DNA of 64,000 bases from Actinomycetes bacterium (GTDB taxonomy: Bacteria; Actinomycetota; Acidimicrobiia; Acidimicrobiales; RAAP-2): assembly GCA_021845725.1 (NCBI GenBank), contig JAJZVL010000003.1, positions 1,806-65,805 on the forward strand, written 5' to 3'. Position 1 is the stretch's first letter. Each line of letters begins with the position of its first letter. This document shows positions 62,280 through 64,000 of the stretch, one piece after another. Under the pieces are notes generated by a model, which searched no databases, was not told where the DNA came from, and saw only the letters and a program-made list of their open reading frames with translations. The position numbers and the translations under genes are program-made.

Positions 62280-64000
62280 TCACATGAAGAGCTTCTCCTG
62301 GAGGATGCCGACGAGCTCGAGCCGTGCCTTGTCGACGCAAGCCGCGGGGCTGCGCTCGTCGATGGTCTCCTCGATCGCAGCGAGGCGTGCCGCGAGCGGC
62401 CAGTCGTGGAGCACGTCGCCGACCCACCGCGAGAAGTCGTGGCGTGGACAGTGGTGACGGAGCACCGATGGGTCGCAACGGCTGAGCACGTCCACGAGGT
62501 CCGCCAAGCTCCGAGCCACTGTGCCGGTGCGCTCGGACACGCCGCTGCGGAAGTGGAAGCCGCGATCGAGATCGAGCGGATGGCTGGCGTACTTGTGTGT
62601 GTGGCGCAGGTGCGCCGTGCTGCGGCCTCCGACTTCGAAGAGCTGCGCACGGCAGGGAAGGTCGCGCCTCGTGAGGACGCCGTACCCGACGTCGCTTCGC
62701 AGGAGGCGAGCCACCTCGTCCCGCGGCGCCTCACCGATTGCCGCCGCCAGGTTCACGACCACCTCCGACGTCTCCTCGGAGCTCAGCGCGACGACGGCGT
62801 CGAGCGTGGCGATCGCCTCGGCGGAGAGGTCTTCGGGTCGCCACGTGACGAGGCAGTACCCGCTCTGTCCGGGTTCGAGGACCCGAAGCGGTGCTGTCAC
62901 CCGTCCGACGGTGCGGTCCGCCTCGTCGATCACCACCCAATGGGGGAGCCCGGTGCGCTCGCGGTGCGCCTCGACGCGGGTGAGCAGCGCAGTCTGGTAT
63001 GTCCGGCTTCGCTCGGGAGACAGGGTGCTCAGGTCGACGACCACCGACGCGTACCGGTGCCGGAGGAGCCGGAGCACCTCGTCGGGGGCCGGGAGGCGCT
63101 CCCTGCCGCCCACCAGGAGGACCCCTTCGAGCTCGTGGCTGAGCCCTACGTGGTCCCCTTCGGGGTCGATCACGAGCACCGAGTAGCTGGCGTCGACCAG
63201 CTGCTCGGTGAGCAACCCAGCGACGTACGACTTGCCCGAACCGGTGCTGCCGGTGATGAGCACGTTCGTCTGCGAGGCGGGGAGCACGACGGGTCGCCCC
63301 TCGGCGGAGACCCCGAGCCGGAGCGTCCAGCGCTTCGAGTGGACCTTCCGGCGACCTCGGACGACGTCGCCGGAGAAGAACGTCGCGACGCCCGAACCGT
63401 CGGGATCTGCCAGGACGATGTCGGCCCGCTCCTTCAGCGGCTCCACGGCGTTGCGCACCGCGACCGCGAGCTCGCTGCGGTCGTAGAGGGGCAGGTCGTT
63501 CTCGGCGTCACCGACGGCGATCGTGTTGTGGAACGACAGCCCCAGGTGACCCAAGGCATGGTAGAGCCCGGTGCCCTTGGACACCCCCGCTGGCAGCACC
63601 ATCAGCTCGGTCCGGTTCGCCACGGTCTGGCAGCCGAGCTCGAGGACCCTGATGCACGCCACGATCGAAGGCTCGTGGGCCACCTTGGCGGCGAGGAGCA
63701 CTTCCCCGCGGACGAACGGCACCCCTCGAGCAGCCAGGGCGTCGTCGAGGCGGCGGTCCACTGGGTCGGCGAGCAGGTGGTGCCATTCACCGGCGACGAG
63801 CACCGCACCGTTCTCGGCGATGACACAGTCGACCGACTCGTGGACGGTCGGCCAGACATCCTCGAGCTGGCCGAGGATGCGGCCCGTGACCAGAACGACC
63901 CGAAGACCCGACGCTCGCGCGGCCGAGAGCGCGTCGAGGACCTCTGGCGCCGGAGCGGCTCCACCCTCGCTGAGGGTGCCGTCGAAGTCGACTGCGAGAA
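62280..64000 (-). CDS. HAD-family (Cof/IIB-like) phosphatase fused to a P-loop ATPase (HerA/FtsK-like) with an uncharacterised C-terminal domain; 5' end just beyond the window
   Basis: The frame stays open to the window edge. HAD motif I DFDGTL is encoded at 63971-63991, and GDAENDL later. Then Walker A GSTGSGKS and Walker B HWVVIDEADR. The last approximately 130 aa are unassigned (CDPSVLRHHCPRHDFSRW). Confidence 0.75.
   Translation of the reverse strand, partial: LAVDFDGTLSEGGAAPAPEVLDALSAARASGLRVVLVTGRILGQLEDVWPTVHESVDCVIAENGAVLVAGEWHHLLADPVDRRLDDALAARGVPFVRGEVLLAAKVAHEPSIVACIRVLELGCQTVANRTELMVLPAGVSKGTGLYHALGHLGLSFHNTIAVGDAENDLPLYDRSELAVAVRNAVEPLKERADIVLADPDGSGVATFFSGDVVRGRRKVHSKRWTLRLGVSAEGRPVVLPASQTNVLITGSTGSGKSYVAGLLTEQLVDASYSVLVIDPEGDHVGLSHELEGVLLVGGRERLPAPDEVLRLLRHRYASVVVDLSTLSPERSRTYQTALLTRVEAHRERTGLPHWVVIDEADRTVGRVTAPLRVLEPGQSGYCLVTWRPEDLSAEAIATLDAVVALSSEETSEVVVNLAAAIGEAPRDEVARLLRSDVGYGVLTRRDLPCRAQLFEVGGRSTAHLRHTHKYASHPLDLDRGFHFRSGVSERTGTVARSLADLVDVLSRCDPSVLRHHCPRHDFSRWVGDVLHDWPLAARLAAIEETIDERSPAACVDKARLELVGILQEKLFM

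Overview
Very GC-rich, gene-dense chromosomal segment that looks actinobacterial. I saw no rRNA, tRNA, CRISPR array, transposase or integrase. Many long antisense or out-of-frame ORFs in the track look like GC-driven artefacts. Calls rest on recognisable protein motifs, 4-nt start/stop overlaps (ATGA/GTGA/TTGA) and Shine-Dalgarno sequences. There are four blocks. (1) 1-17 kb: an acyl-CoA type catabolic locus. It has a PaaK-like CoA ligase (5' truncated), a Liv-type ABC importer with a LivM-LivG fusion, an FAD-linked oxidase and a PaaX-like repressor. It also has a three-subunit molybdenum hydroxylase, an acyl-CoA dehydrogenase, a quinone oxidoreductase, an enoyl-CoA hydratase and an SCP-x thiolase/DUF35 pair. 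(2) 17.2-29 kb: a tightly packed ten-gene same-strand array whose pathway I cannot identify. It holds a cyclase/formamidase, an APC permease, a class-V PLP enzyme, two amidohydrolases, a peptide-type ABC binding protein plus two permeases with no ATPase, a flavin reductase and a luciferase-like monooxygenase. (3) 29-55 kb: a large cobalamin biosynthesis locus in two divergent operons, each behind a cobalamin riboswitch. The minus operon is cobQ, FhuF-like gene, cobN, chlID, cobU, cobS, cbiB, cobC, cobA. The plus operon is cobI, cobM, cbiG-cobJ, cobH, cbiX, cobO, cobB, cobL, cobF. Lone cobK and a bluB-cobT fusion complete it. (4) 55-64 kb: a P1B-5 type ATPase with a hemerythrin tail, an ECF sigma factor with a fused ZAS-like domain, a DUF2892 protein, a thiolase, glgX and a HAD/P-loop ATPase fusion that runs off the window. 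The most interesting items are non-canonical members of the B12 locus. These are a FhuF-type [2Fe-2S] protein translationally coupled between cobQ and cobN, and an NCS1 permease-PfkB kinase fusion beside the cobI riboswitch. The locus also mixes early- and late-cobalt-insertion hallmarks, with no CobG/CobZ/CbiD in view. The sigma/ZAS, P1B-5/hemerythrin metal module next door is also notable. Four independent in-CDS tandem duplications occur inside the B12 locus, one of them out of frame.
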